Assembly (NCBI GenBank): GCA_041662625.1
Contig: JBAZSB010000001.1
Span: 182,467-246,466 of the forward strand
DNA length: 64,000 bases
From: Patescibacteria group bacterium
GTDB taxonomy: Bacteria; Patescibacteriota; Patescibacteriia; Buchananbacterales; UBA6539
Reading direction: 5' to 3'
This document shows positions 1 through 9,458 of this stretch, piece by piece (position 1 is the stretch's first letter; every line of letters starts with the position of its first letter). The notes under the pieces are model-generated. The model was not told where the DNA came from and ran no database searches. It saw only the letters and a program-made list of their open reading frames with translations. The translations under genes were made by a program, and so were the position numbers.

Positions 1-344
1 CCGCCAAAAATCGGCTGGACCAAATTAGTCAAAAAATCGCCGCCAACAATCAGGTAAGCCAGGCTGGCGCCAAAAAGGCCGATTGAATTAGTCAGGACCG
101 GCAAAAATTTTATTTTTTTACCAAAATATATCTCAGTTAAGCCGGGCAGGCGGTGGTTTTGTGGCGTTCTTAAGCAGATTTCGCCAAAGATCAGGTGGAT
201 TATTACCGTTAAGCCGCTTAGGATAATCAGATAACAAATCGTCGGGTAAAAGCCAAATTTAGCCGCAGCGTAAGGCAAACTAAAAATGCCGACGCCGATA
301 ATGGTGCCGCAGAAAGTAGCTAGGGCTAAAACGTATCTTTTCAT
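1..344 (-). CDS. Amino acid permease, aromatic amino acid transporter-like (partial, runs off window start)
   Basis: Manual translation from ATG at 344: MKRYVLALATFCGTIIGVGIFSLPYAAAKFGF..., with the GTIIGxGIFxLPY TM1 motif of Trp/Tyr-type permeases. Confidence 0.8.
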   Translation of the reverse strand, partial: MKRYVLALATFCGTIIGVGIFSLPYAAAKFGFYPTICYLIILSGLTVIIHLIFGEICLRTPQNHRLPGLTEIYFGKKIKFLPVLTNSIGLFGASLAYLIVGGDFLTNLVQPIFG

Positions 345-389
345 ATTCTTATTGTAACAAAAAAAAGAGGAGTTGTCCCCTATCTTGTT

Positions 390-534
390 AAATTTCAAAT
401 ACCAAAAGACAAATTCCAAACAAATTCCAATGACCAAAATTAAAAATTATAAACATTCAAGATTAGCGTTTTTGATTTTGGACATTATGATTTTGAATTT
501 GTTTGTGATTTGGAATTTCGGATTTGGTGCTTTT
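390..534. repeat. Imperfect palindrome with ~7-nt periodicity
   Basis: Left arm units such as caaatac/caaaaga/caaattc; right arm gatttgg/aatttcg/gatttgg, complementary CAAA/TTTG cores. Confidence 0.7.
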
Positions 535-543
535 GGCTGATTT

Positions 544-1848
544 CTATCTTCCTACTCCGTAATACCTAAAGCCCAATTCTTTCATCTTCGCCGGATCAAA
601 GATATTGCGGCCATCAAAGATAATTGGGGTGGCCATTAAACTTTTAATTTTTGCCAAGTCTAATTTTTTAAATTCATCCCATTCAGTGCAAATAACCAGG
701 GCTTCTGCATCCTTAACGGCATCATATGGGTTATTAAAATACTTGATGTCAGGAATCTCTTTTTTAGTATTTTCAATCGCTTGTGGGTCATAGGCTTGGA
801 TATTGGCTCCGTCGTTTTTTAGTTTTTTTATTAATTTCAGGGCCGGGGAATTTCGAGTATCGTCGGTGTTTGGTTTGAAAGCCAAGCCCAAAACCGCGAT
901 TTTTTTATTATCGATTACCCAAAGTTTTTTTTCGATTTTATTCAGGAATCTTTCAATAGCTTCATTGTTTATTTTTTCAATTGCTTCGACAAAAGAGTTA
1001 TCAATACCTAAAATTTCCAATGTTTTTTTGTAAGCAGAAATATCTTTAGGAAAGCAGCTACCGCCAAAACCAATTCCGGGGTTCAGAAATTGTCGGCCAA
1101 TTCTTCCATCCAGACCAATTGCTTCTAATACTTCCAAGGCATCGGCGCCAGCTTCTTCGCAAGTTTGGGCAATTAAATTGGCAAAAGAAATTTTGGCGGC
1201 TAAAAAAGTATTCGCCCCATGTTTAATCAATTCCGCACTACGAACAGATACAATTTTAACTGGTGCCTGAGTTTTATCAATCAAAGGCTGATAGACTTCA
1301 AGCATTTTTTCTTTGGCTTTTTCTGAGTCAACTCCAATGACAATTCGGTCGGGTTCCATCGTATCTTTGACCGCTGTCCCCTCTTTGAGAAATTCCGGGT
1401 TAGAAACCACGTCAAATTTAGCTTCATTGGTACTATAGCGCAAAATAGTTTCTTTGACTTTTTCTGCAGTTTTGATTGGTACGGTGCTTTTATCAACTAT
1501 GACTTTGTAATCGCCGTTAATTGCCTGGGCAATCTCGTGGGCAACTCTTTCCACATATTTTAAATCAGCATGGCCGTCTTCTTTCGGCGGAGTATTGACA
1601 CAGATAAAGATAACTTCCGATTCTTTAACGACCGGATCAATTTCTTTGGTAAAACTAAGCCGGAGAGCTGCCATATTTTTAGCAATTAGCTCTTCCAGCC
1701 CCGGTTCAAAAATCGGTGACTTTCCTTGTTTCAGTTGGTCTAGTTTTTTGGGGTCATTATCAACGCAGATTACTTGATGGCCTAAATCAGCCAAGCAAGT
1801 ACCTGTAGTTAAACCGACATAACCGGTGCCAATAATTGCAATTTTCAT
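544..1848 (-). CDS. ugd: UDP-glucose 6-dehydrogenase
   Basis: GTGYVG Rossmann motif, NPEFLKEG, catalytic GFGGSCFPKD, C-terminal DGRN. Confidence 0.93.
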   Translation of the reverse strand: MKIAIIGTGYVGLTTGTCLADLGHQVICVDNDPKKLDQLKQGKSPIFEPGLEELIAKNMAALRLSFTKEIDPVVKESEVIFICVNTPPKEDGHADLKYVERVAHEIAQAINGDYKVIVDKSTVPIKTAEKVKETILRYSTNEAKFDVVSNPEFLKEGTAVKDTMEPDRIVIGVDSEKAKEKMLEVYQPLIDKTQAPVKIVSVRSAELIKHGANTFLAAKISFANLIAQTCEEAGADALEVLEAIGLDGRIGRQFLNPGIGFGGSCFPKDISAYKKTLEILGIDNSFVEAIEKINNEAIERFLNKIEKKLWVIDNKKIAVLGLAFKPNTDDTRNSPALKLIKKLKNDGANIQAYDPQAIENTKKEIPDIKYFNNPYDAVKDAEALVICTEWDEFKKLDLAKIKSLMATPIIFDGRNIFDPAKMKELGFRYYGVGR

Positions 1849-2024
1849 AAATCTTTTTAGAAGTTATCGTTTTTATCTTGGAGTTGTTAGCTTTACAGGA
1901 TAAAATAAAAAAGCCTAAAATTATTAGCTTGTGATCTGATTAGTCATTCTCTTAATAAGACGTAACATTTTAGTAAATGTTACACAAATCTGAATAGTTA
2001 TTCTAGCGAAAAAAGATAAGTATG

Positions 2025-3845
2025 TCAAAATTTTACCACTTCGCCGGGATCTAATGTTGTAGTGTTATTATTCTCTATTTTTTTATTAATTAAATCTTGA
2101 ACCGTTGGTTTTTGCTCTGGAATTTTTTCTGGCTCTGGTTTTGGGGATTGCAAGTCAGGCTTTTTTTGCTCAAAAACCCGAGGTTCTTTTTTTAAAGCCT
2201 CTTGGAGCGAAATTTCTGACTCATTTTCTATTTTTACTTCTTCCATAGCTACTTCTTTTTCTTCGCCATGCATTAATTTCTCTCTAATTTGTTGGAAACA
2301 AGATTGACAATAAATCGGTCTTACCCCATCTGGTTTGAAATTAATTTCTGTCGGTTTACCACATTCATAGCAATTCACGGTATAATTATTGTCCTTTTTA
2401 GTCTCTTCAGAACCTTCTCCCCCTTTTCTTTTCTTTTTTTTCTTTCTCTTCTTTTTTGGTAGCTCTCCACTTTTGACTTCTTCTGTTTTGACCCTTTCCT
2501 TATTTTCTAAAGGCTTAGTTTCTTTTTTGTCTTCCATATCTTCCATTTCTACCCCGCTCCAGCGAATGATTTTATCTTCAACTACGTCTCGAGGTTTGGC
2601 ATATCTTTCTCGTGAAACCCTTATTACTTTTTCTTTATTACCAGTATAACTTTTTTCGCCCAATGGCGGTAAAGTCGTGGCGGAAAAGGGTGAAGAGGCA
2701 ACCCCATCGATCATCAGCTTCATGTAAATGTCATATTTGGTGAGGTTGACCAAATCTTCGGGAACAAAATAAGGAGTGAATTCCGTTTCTAAAAATTCGG
2801 CATCGGCCGAGCCGACTCGAAAGCACATTAAGGTACCAACATTACCAAAAACTGCCGCTTGGACGTCTTCCTCCAGCTGCTCAATATATTGGTGGCCAAT
2901 AATCAAGTCTAAGCGATATTTCCGCGCTTCAGACAAAATATTAGCAAAAGATTCAGTGGCAAAGTTTTGAAATTCGTCAACATAGAGATAAAAATCTTTT
3001 CGTTGCTCTTCAGGTGTATCGATTCGGCTCATTGCGGCTAACTGAATTTTGGTAATTATCATGGCTCCCAGTAGAGCTGAAGCGTCTTCGCCAACCCTCC
3101 CTTTAGAAAGATTCAAAATCAGGATTTTTTGGTTATCCATGATGTAGCGAAGATCAATTGTTGATTTTACCTGGCCAACAACATTTCTGATTAAAGCTGT
3201 GGAAAGGAATTGCCCGACTTTATTTTGAATTGGGGCGATAGCCTCCACTTGAAATTGCTGAGGATACTTTGAATATTCTTCAACCCAAAATGATTTCACT
3301 ACCGGATCTTTAATTTTGCTGATTACTTTTTGGCGGTAAGTTTTATCAACCAAAATTCTCATGACACCCAGCAAGGTGCTACCGGGATAGTCTAATAAAG
3401 CCAAAATGGCATTGCGCAGTACGTATTCGAGTCGGGGCCCCCAGGAATCAGCCCAAAGTTTTTTGAAAACGCCAACTAAGCCCGAAGCAATTAAATGTTT
3501 GTACTCTTGAGCAACCGATTCCATGACATTAAAAGCTACGGGGTATTCAAAATCGGCTGGGTTTAAATATAAAACATCGTTGATGCGGCTATTAGGAATA
3601 AAATCAAGAATTTTTTCGGCGAAATCACCATGGGGATCAACTAGAGCCACTCCTTCGCCGTTAATAATATCTTGGATGATCATGTTTTCCATCACCGTTG
3701 ATTTGCCCATACCAGTTTTACCAATCAAATACATGTGACGGCGCCGGTCATCTTTTTTAATACCAAACCTAGTTCGCTGATTGCGATAGTTAGTCTCAGC
3801 AAAAAATATTACATCATTTTGTTTTTGTTTTATTTCATCAGCCAT
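2025..3845 (-). CDS. VirD4/TrwB/HerA-like P-loop ATPase with C-terminal CxxC-x17-CxxC zinc ribbon
   Basis: Walker A GKTGMGKS, VDPHGD, Walker B LYVDEFQN, SEARKYRL; CYEC...PDGVRPIYCQSC. Confidence 0.85.
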   Translation of the reverse strand: MADEIKQKQNDVIFFAETNYRNQRTRFGIKKDDRRRHMYLIGKTGMGKSTVMENMIIQDIINGEGVALVDPHGDFAEKILDFIPNSRINDVLYLNPADFEYPVAFNVMESVAQEYKHLIASGLVGVFKKLWADSWGPRLEYVLRNAILALLDYPGSTLLGVMRILVDKTYRQKVISKIKDPVVKSFWVEEYSKYPQQFQVEAIAPIQNKVGQFLSTALIRNVVGQVKSTIDLRYIMDNQKILILNLSKGRVGEDASALLGAMIITKIQLAAMSRIDTPEEQRKDFYLYVDEFQNFATESFANILSEARKYRLDLIIGHQYIEQLEEDVQAAVFGNVGTLMCFRVGSADAEFLETEFTPYFVPEDLVNLTKYDIYMKLMIDGVASSPFSATTLPPLGEKSYTGNKEKVIRVSRERYAKPRDVVEDKIIRWSGVEMEDMEDKKETKPLENKERVKTEEVKSGELPKKKRKKKKKRKGGEGSEETKKDNNYTVNCYECGKPTEINFKPDGVRPIYCQSCFQQIREKLMHGEEKEVAMEEVKIENESEISLQEALKKEPRVFEQKKPDLQSPKPEPEKIPEQKPTVQDLINKKIENNNTTTLDPGEVVKF

Positions 3846-3856
3846 AGTTGGACGAG

Positions 3857-3903
3857 ATAAGAAATTAAAAAATCAAATCATTATTATTGCCTTAATTTCT
3901 TAT
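3857..3903. repeat. Intergenic inverted repeat
   Basis: ATAAGAAATTAA ... TTAATTTCTTAT perfect 12-bp arms. Confidence 0.55.
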
Positions 3904-3934
3904 TTTTTATTCTTGTATTAGTAATGGTTTTGCT

Positions 3935-5290
3935 TTAGCTAGTTGGCAAATTAGTCGGCGGTCCCGCTTTGATATTGGCCGATTTTGGCAGGCCAAATGA
4001 CCGGGAAATTGCTGTCGGTAAGGCAGTCGGCGGTTCGGCTTTCTTTGATTCGGTTTTTTGAACCATTGGGGCTTTAACAGTCATAATTGGGAAGTGCCAA
4101 AGACTGGCCAGCTCTTCAGTATTTAAAATAAAGCCATATTCACCGGGAGCAAGAGAATGACAGCGGTCCTTGTAGCGATACATGATCCGATTTTTTCGCC
4201 AAATCAGTCGTTTCTTTTTAAACCAAACGATGCCACCAGTCATAAATTTGGAATCTGGTTTAAAAGAATTAAGCCCTAAGTCATTAAATTGCTTAAAACC
4301 CCCATAAACGCCTTGGGCCCCTCGCATTTTGACAAATTTTGGCTTTTCCGCGACATAAACCCAGCGAATCCGGACATGAAAACCAATTTTACAAATTTTA
4401 TGCTCAATGGCCGCGACTTCATCTTTTTCTCCCTGAGTTAAATAAAGCATTCTATTTGGTGGCTCATCTTTTTTGGTGGTGGTACCAGCCGGGGCGGGAT
4501 TTATCCCTTCTAAAATCATATTAGGAATCACAAAAAGCCAATCAAAGATATTTTTTTTACCGCCACCTTCCTTGGCGCCAATTATTTTATTGATAACTGG
4601 TTGAGCTTTCTCCCCCCAGTTATTGTCTGCCGGTGTAGTGACAAATTGAACCCAAATTTCTTCACCAGGGCCAATGCGGGTTAAGGGTTCCAAAAGTGAA
4701 GCCATCGGATCTTTTAGTTCTTGGGAAATAGAATCCTCGAATTCCTCGTAAGTGACAACTGGGTAAACATATTTTTTGGCCAGTTTAACCTCGGTACCCC
4801 AAAGATCATGTTCGGTATTAGGGAATTTAATGCTCCAATGTTTTGTGTAATCATCAACTTCCGTGATTTCTGCATCCGGGTATTGAGCATAGATTATTGC
4901 TTCAATTAAATCGCGGTATTTATCCGGAAAGTGGATAAGAAATTGAATATAACCACCAATACTAATAATTTCAAAAGAAAAACTGTCTGGGATTTCGCCA
5001 TCCCACCACCGGTTATAAAAGTTAAGAGGCTGGTGAGCGCCGGCCAAATGAGAAAAAATATTTTCAACGGCGCGGGGAGTTTGCTCATTATTTTTTGGAA
5101 TGTCGATGGCTAGCAAGATATAATGTCTGGTTTTTCGGTAGCGATTTCTGATATAATTTTGCCAGACCAAAATCAACCCGTAGACAAATAAAAAAACTGG
5201 ATAGATCCAGCCAATAGTTTTAATAAACCACCAACCAAAAGCGATTGGGTTGTTTGATGGTATTTCTGAAAAATCAATAACAAACTCCAT
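3935..5290 (-). CDS. Conserved hypothetical membrane-anchored protein, probable partner of the VirD4-like ATPase
   Basis: N-terminal TM, FSFEI, IYAQYPDAEI, ILNTEELASLWHFP, ends PPTNLP; motifs I recall from CPR proteins upstream of or fused to such ATPases. Confidence 0.65.
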   Translation of the reverse strand: MEFVIDFSEIPSNNPIAFGWWFIKTIGWIYPVFLFVYGLILVWQNYIRNRYRKTRHYILLAIDIPKNNEQTPRAVENIFSHLAGAHQPLNFYNRWWDGEIPDSFSFEIISIGGYIQFLIHFPDKYRDLIEAIIYAQYPDAEITEVDDYTKHWSIKFPNTEHDLWGTEVKLAKKYVYPVVTYEEFEDSISQELKDPMASLLEPLTRIGPGEEIWVQFVTTPADNNWGEKAQPVINKIIGAKEGGGKKNIFDWLFVIPNMILEGINPAPAGTTTKKDEPPNRMLYLTQGEKDEVAAIEHKICKIGFHVRIRWVYVAEKPKFVKMRGAQGVYGGFKQFNDLGLNSFKPDSKFMTGGIVWFKKKRLIWRKNRIMYRYKDRCHSLAPGEYGFILNTEELASLWHFPIMTVKAPMVQKTESKKAEPPTALPTAISRSFGLPKSANIKAGPPTNLPTS

Positions 5291-5349
5291 AACTTTATCA
5301 ATTTTTTGTTTTTCTTTTTAAGCTTAACCTTATTTAAGTCAGGTAAAAG

Positions 5350-6507
5350 TTATTTTTTGATGATATATCTGCCGTCGGTTAGTTTTTGAATCTTATCTTT
5401 ATTAGTTAAAGCTAGGTAAATTGTGCTCTTGCGGACAATTCTTTGATCTAAGACGGCTTTAACAATTTCTTCTTTAGTTAAAGGTTTATCCGCTTTAGCC
5501 AAAATTTCCAAGATTACGTCCATCACTGTTCCAGAATTGTAGCCCCATTCTTTTAAAGCATAGATTCCCCGACCCACTAAAACATAACGTTCATCTAAAA
5601 TTAATTCATTGTGAATAGTGGCCGGATAGGCTTTTTTCTTATCAAAGTCAGCTTGGTTGATCAAATCAGTGATCTCGGTGAAATGCAGAGGCTTGCCAGC
5701 CTTTTTTAGAATTAAATAAACTTTGTCACCCATTCTTTTTGGCATGATTGTGTTCCAAGTGTTTAAACCCCATTCGCCTAAAATATTTTGGTCAATTCTT
5801 TTACTAATTTTTAAATGAGAATCAATTATTTTGTCTATCTCTTGAGCTAATTTTTCTTCATTAACCCCTAGTTTAAGGGCAGTAATTTGTTGTTCATTAT
5901 TTTTATAAAATTCTCTTTTTCGAAAGCGTTCAAGCAATTCATTGGTACTCAATAATTTTTTTTCTTGTTCAATAATTTCTACCAATTCTTTGATTATTTG
6001 CTTAGAGATATCAAGAGAAATGACTGGTAATTTTCGTCCAGGCAGAAAATGTTCATCTGGTTTTATAGTTTCTATCTTCTCATTTAATAATCGATCTAAG
6101 ATAAACCGGGCAGCTTGCCGGTTTTCTTCGCTTTGGTCAGAAGAACCAATTTCGTCTAAAAGAGAATTTTCTTCCATTATCCCGCCGTAGTTTTCCAAAA
6201 GCCGAGTGATATGCTGTTCGGCTGTTTCAATTTGGCTTCTAAAATCTTTAATCTCTTTTAATTTTTTTACCGTTGCCATTTCAATTTGGCGGATTCTTTC
6301 TCTGGTGATGTCATAATATTTACCAATTTGTTCCAGCGTTTCCTTTTTTTTGCCCAATAAACCAAACCGGCGACTTAAAATGTCGCTTTCTTTGGTCGAA
6401 AGGTTTTTGACCAAACCGGCAATTAATTCAGTTGGGTTGAATTGAGCCGCTTGGCGTTTTTCTTGACTTTCAATGATTTTATCGAGAATTGAGTTTTGTG
6501 CAGCCAT
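5350..6507 (-). CDS. Sigma-70 region 4 HTH fused to HARE-type (RNAP delta-like) winged helices
   Basis: RRFGL...TLEQIGKYYDITRERIRQIE; PLHFTEIT, HNELILDERYVLVGRGIYALKEWG. Confidence 0.8.
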   Translation of the reverse strand: MAAQNSILDKIIESQEKRQAAQFNPTELIAGLVKNLSTKESDILSRRFGLLGKKKETLEQIGKYYDITRERIRQIEMATVKKLKEIKDFRSQIETAEQHITRLLENYGGIMEENSLLDEIGSSDQSEENRQAARFILDRLLNEKIETIKPDEHFLPGRKLPVISLDISKQIIKELVEIIEQEKKLLSTNELLERFRKREFYKNNEQQITALKLGVNEEKLAQEIDKIIDSHLKISKRIDQNILGEWGLNTWNTIMPKRMGDKVYLILKKAGKPLHFTEITDLINQADFDKKKAYPATIHNELILDERYVLVGRGIYALKEWGYNSGTVMDVILEILAKADKPLTKEEIVKAVLDQRIVRKSTIYLALTNKDKIQKLTDGRYIIKK

Positions 6508-6737
6508 ATAATTAAAATTTGAATTTGATTAAAAAAGCTTTAAATTAAGCTAAAATTTAACTAATTTTTCTATTTTTCTTATTTTAATATTTTAATTATT
6601 TTAAGTATATCATAAAACAACTTATTGGTCAAGTCTTGACCAATAAAAACGATTTATTGTTTAATCTAGGCTCAAGGATTACTAAAATAGAGATCAGCTT
6701 TGGGCTTGGTCTCTGTTTTAGCAAATTATGGTTGTTT

Positions 6738-7676
6738 TTAGCGATTGGATCGAAATTTTTCCCAAACTACCAATAGCGGGCTAGCTAAGAAGATGGAAGA
6801 ATAAGTGCCAATAGTGACACCGATAATTAAAGCTAAGACGAAATCTCGGATGGTGGCGCCACCAAAAATCAGGAGAGCAAACAAAGCGAGTAAAACCGTA
6901 AAAGAAGTGTTAATTGAGCGAACAATGACTTCGTTGATACTTTTTTCAACGATTGTTTCAAAATCTTCACCCATATGGCGGATTAAGTTTTCTCTAATGC
7001 GGTCAAAAACAACAATTGTATCATTATTGGAATAACCAAAAATAGTAAGCAAGGCAGCAATGAATGGTGCATTCACTTCAATCCCATAAAATTTTCCTAA
7101 GATTGCAAAGATACCAGCAGTGATGATAATATCATGCATTAAAGAGATGACGGCGATTGTTCCAAATTTCCAAGAAGCTACCGGCTTAGAAATTTTTCGG
7201 AAAGCCCAAGCGATATAAGCAATAATGGCAACGGAAACGATTATAATTCCCCAAACAGTTTTATTTTTTAATTCTTGGCCAATACTTGGTCCAATCGAAT
7301 CAAATCTTTTTTCTTCCAGGACTTTAGCTTCCATGATAATTCCACTATCACTTTGAGGTAGCTCGGGTTGGAATTTTTGTTTTAAAGTCTCCAAGATTTT
7401 TTGATGAGTTGCCTCATCAATATCTTGAGCTCTAATGGTTATACCCTGTTCACCAACCGGCTGAATGACAGCATTATTTATATCAATTGAAACTAAGGCC
7501 TCATTGATTTGTTGATTAGTTGGTACTGAAACTGCAAATTCGAGTTCCATCAAACTCCCGCCGGTAAAATCAATTCCGAGTTTAAGGCCAAACATAATAA
7601 AAGAAACCAAACCGACTATCGTCATGAGAGTTGAAGTGGTCAGCCAGATTTTTCGCCTTTTAATAATTGAAATCAT
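6738..7676 (-). CDS. secF: Protein translocase subunit SecF
   Basis: LGIDFTGG, IGPSIGQEL, GYSNNDTIVVFDRIREN, GTYSSIFLASP. Confidence 0.96.
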   Translation of the reverse strand: MISIIKRRKIWLTTSTLMTIVGLVSFIMFGLKLGIDFTGGSLMELEFAVSVPTNQQINEALVSIDINNAVIQPVGEQGITIRAQDIDEATHQKILETLKQKFQPELPQSDSGIIMEAKVLEEKRFDSIGPSIGQELKNKTVWGIIIVSVAIIAYIAWAFRKISKPVASWKFGTIAVISLMHDIIITAGIFAILGKFYGIEVNAPFIAALLTIFGYSNNDTIVVFDRIRENLIRHMGEDFETIVEKSINEVIVRSINTSFTVLLALFALLIFGGATIRDFVLALIIGVTIGTYSSIFLASPLLVVWEKFRSNR

Positions 7677-7678
7677 AT

Positions 7679-9364
7679 TTATTCAATATTTTTTTTCTTA
7701 ACCCCAAAAAGCCAAAGATGATTGAAAAATTCAAATTTTGTTATAACTTTAATTATTATTCGGGTGACAAATACAGCAGAAAATAAACTAGCTAAAGTTC
7801 CAATCGCCAAGGTAATAGCAAAACCTTTAACTAAACTGGTGGTAAAGCCCATGAGAATTACGCAAGAAATCAAAGTAGAGACATGGCCATCCCAAATTGA
7901 TGACCAGGCCCGTTTGAAGCCTTCGTCAATTGCAATGGATAAGTCTTTACCCCATCTAATTTCTTCTTTAAAGCGTTCAAAAATCAAAACATTAGCATCA
8001 ACTGCCATCCCCATTGATAAAATAAAGCCTGCGATACCCGCCAGCGTCAAGGTAACACCGATTAGTTTGAATATCGCTAAAACCAATAAACTATAGAATA
8101 TTAGAGCGATTGAGGCGGTAACGCCGGGTAAACGATAATAAAGAATCATGAATAAAGCGATAATAATCAGACTCAAAAATCCGGCTTTCAAACTCTGCTT
8201 AATTGATTCATTGCCAAGGGAAGCACCAACTGTCTTTTGGGAAATCAAATTAATCGGCACCGGTAAGGCACCAGCATTTAATCTCTGGGCCAAGAGTTTA
8301 GCCTCCTGAATGGTAAATTTACCAGAGATTACCGCCTTGCCTTCTAAAATTGCTTCTTGGACTGTTGGTGTGCTAATGGGTTGGCCGTCTAAAAATATTG
8401 CTACTGGTTTGCCAATATTCTTTTTGGTGATTTCGGCAAACAAATCCTTACCTTCATCATTAAATTCTAGGCTTACCTGTGGTGTCTGGATGTTTGGGTC
8501 CATAACGATAGTGGCTTTTTTAAGTTGTTTACCGGTTAAACCAGTGTAAAGCCAAGCATCTGCGGGTGCACCAAAATCTTTTTCACTTTTAGTTAAAATC
8601 AAAATATGGCTACAGCGAACTTGGTAATCATCGCCTGTTCCCTTTTCTTCTTCTTTTTTGATGATATGATAGCCATATGAAGTTTTTACAAGCGATTTAG
8701 AAATTTCTCCCACTTTTAAATTATCAAAACAGGCTTCTTCGAATTCCGGTACTAAAATTCCTTTTGCCAAAAAACCTAGGTCGCCGCCATTTTGTTGACT
8801 GCCAGGATCTTCACTATATTCTTTAGCCAAGGCGGCAAATTCAGCTCCGGGTTTTAAGGCTTGAACTAAAATGTCTTGCGCTTTTGTCTGAGCTTGTTGG
8901 TTAAAATCTTCTAATTCTTTTTTTTGCTCATCAGTTAGCTGGGTTGTCGGATTAGGATTTTGCTCTTTAAATTCCAAAAGCGGAGTTTCGCCAATCATTT
9001 TAATTGCTTCATTAACATCTTTAACTCCGGCTAGCTCGACAATCACTCGCCATTGATCGCCAGTTTTAGTTGTCTGTACTAGCGGTTCAGCCACGCCAAA
9101 AGCATTAACCCGCCGTTCAATTACGTCGCGGACTCCTTCAATAGCATCAGTGCGGTCCGCATCGGGGATTTGAGAAATATCAGCTTCATAAATAAGTTGC
9201 GTTCCACCCTGTAAATCCAAACCGAGCCGGAAAGGGATATTAAAAAAGCTGGGCAAGGGAAAGCCGCTTTGGTTAATATATTGAGGAAAATCAAGAAAAA
9301 TTGCCAGTATGGTTATTAAAAAAATGCCAGCTACAGCAAATCGAATTTTGTTTTGTTGGTTCAT
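7679..9364 (-). CDS. secD: Protein translocase subunit SecD with inserted parvulin PPIase domain
   Basis: LGLDLQGG, RRVNAFGVAEP, AGALPVP, GMAVDANVLIFER; insert FAALAKEYSEDPGS...GGDLG...GYHIIK. Confidence 0.95.
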   Translation of the reverse strand: MNQQNKIRFAVAGIFLITILAIFLDFPQYINQSGFPLPSFFNIPFRLGLDLQGGTQLIYEADISQIPDADRTDAIEGVRDVIERRVNAFGVAEPLVQTTKTGDQWRVIVELAGVKDVNEAIKMIGETPLLEFKEQNPNPTTQLTDEQKKELEDFNQQAQTKAQDILVQALKPGAEFAALAKEYSEDPGSQQNGGDLGFLAKGILVPEFEEACFDNLKVGEISKSLVKTSYGYHIIKKEEEKGTGDDYQVRCSHILILTKSEKDFGAPADAWLYTGLTGKQLKKATIVMDPNIQTPQVSLEFNDEGKDLFAEITKKNIGKPVAIFLDGQPISTPTVQEAILEGKAVISGKFTIQEAKLLAQRLNAGALPVPINLISQKTVGASLGNESIKQSLKAGFLSLIIIALFMILYYRLPGVTASIALIFYSLLVLAIFKLIGVTLTLAGIAGFILSMGMAVDANVLIFERFKEEIRWGKDLSIAIDEGFKRAWSSIWDGHVSTLISCVILMGFTTSLVKGFAITLAIGTLASLFSAVFVTRIIIKVITKFEFFNHLWLFGVKKKNIE

Positions 9365-9458
9365 AGTAAATCAATAAAAACATTCTAGCAAAGGTTCTTG
9401 TTTTTTTCAAGTCCTATTTGCCGACTAGGCATAATTAGCTTAAAATGAGTAATGTAAT

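Noticed and set aside
390-534. Repeat tracts as a CRISPR array
   Set aside because: No constant 25-40 bp repeats with unique spacers and no cas genes.
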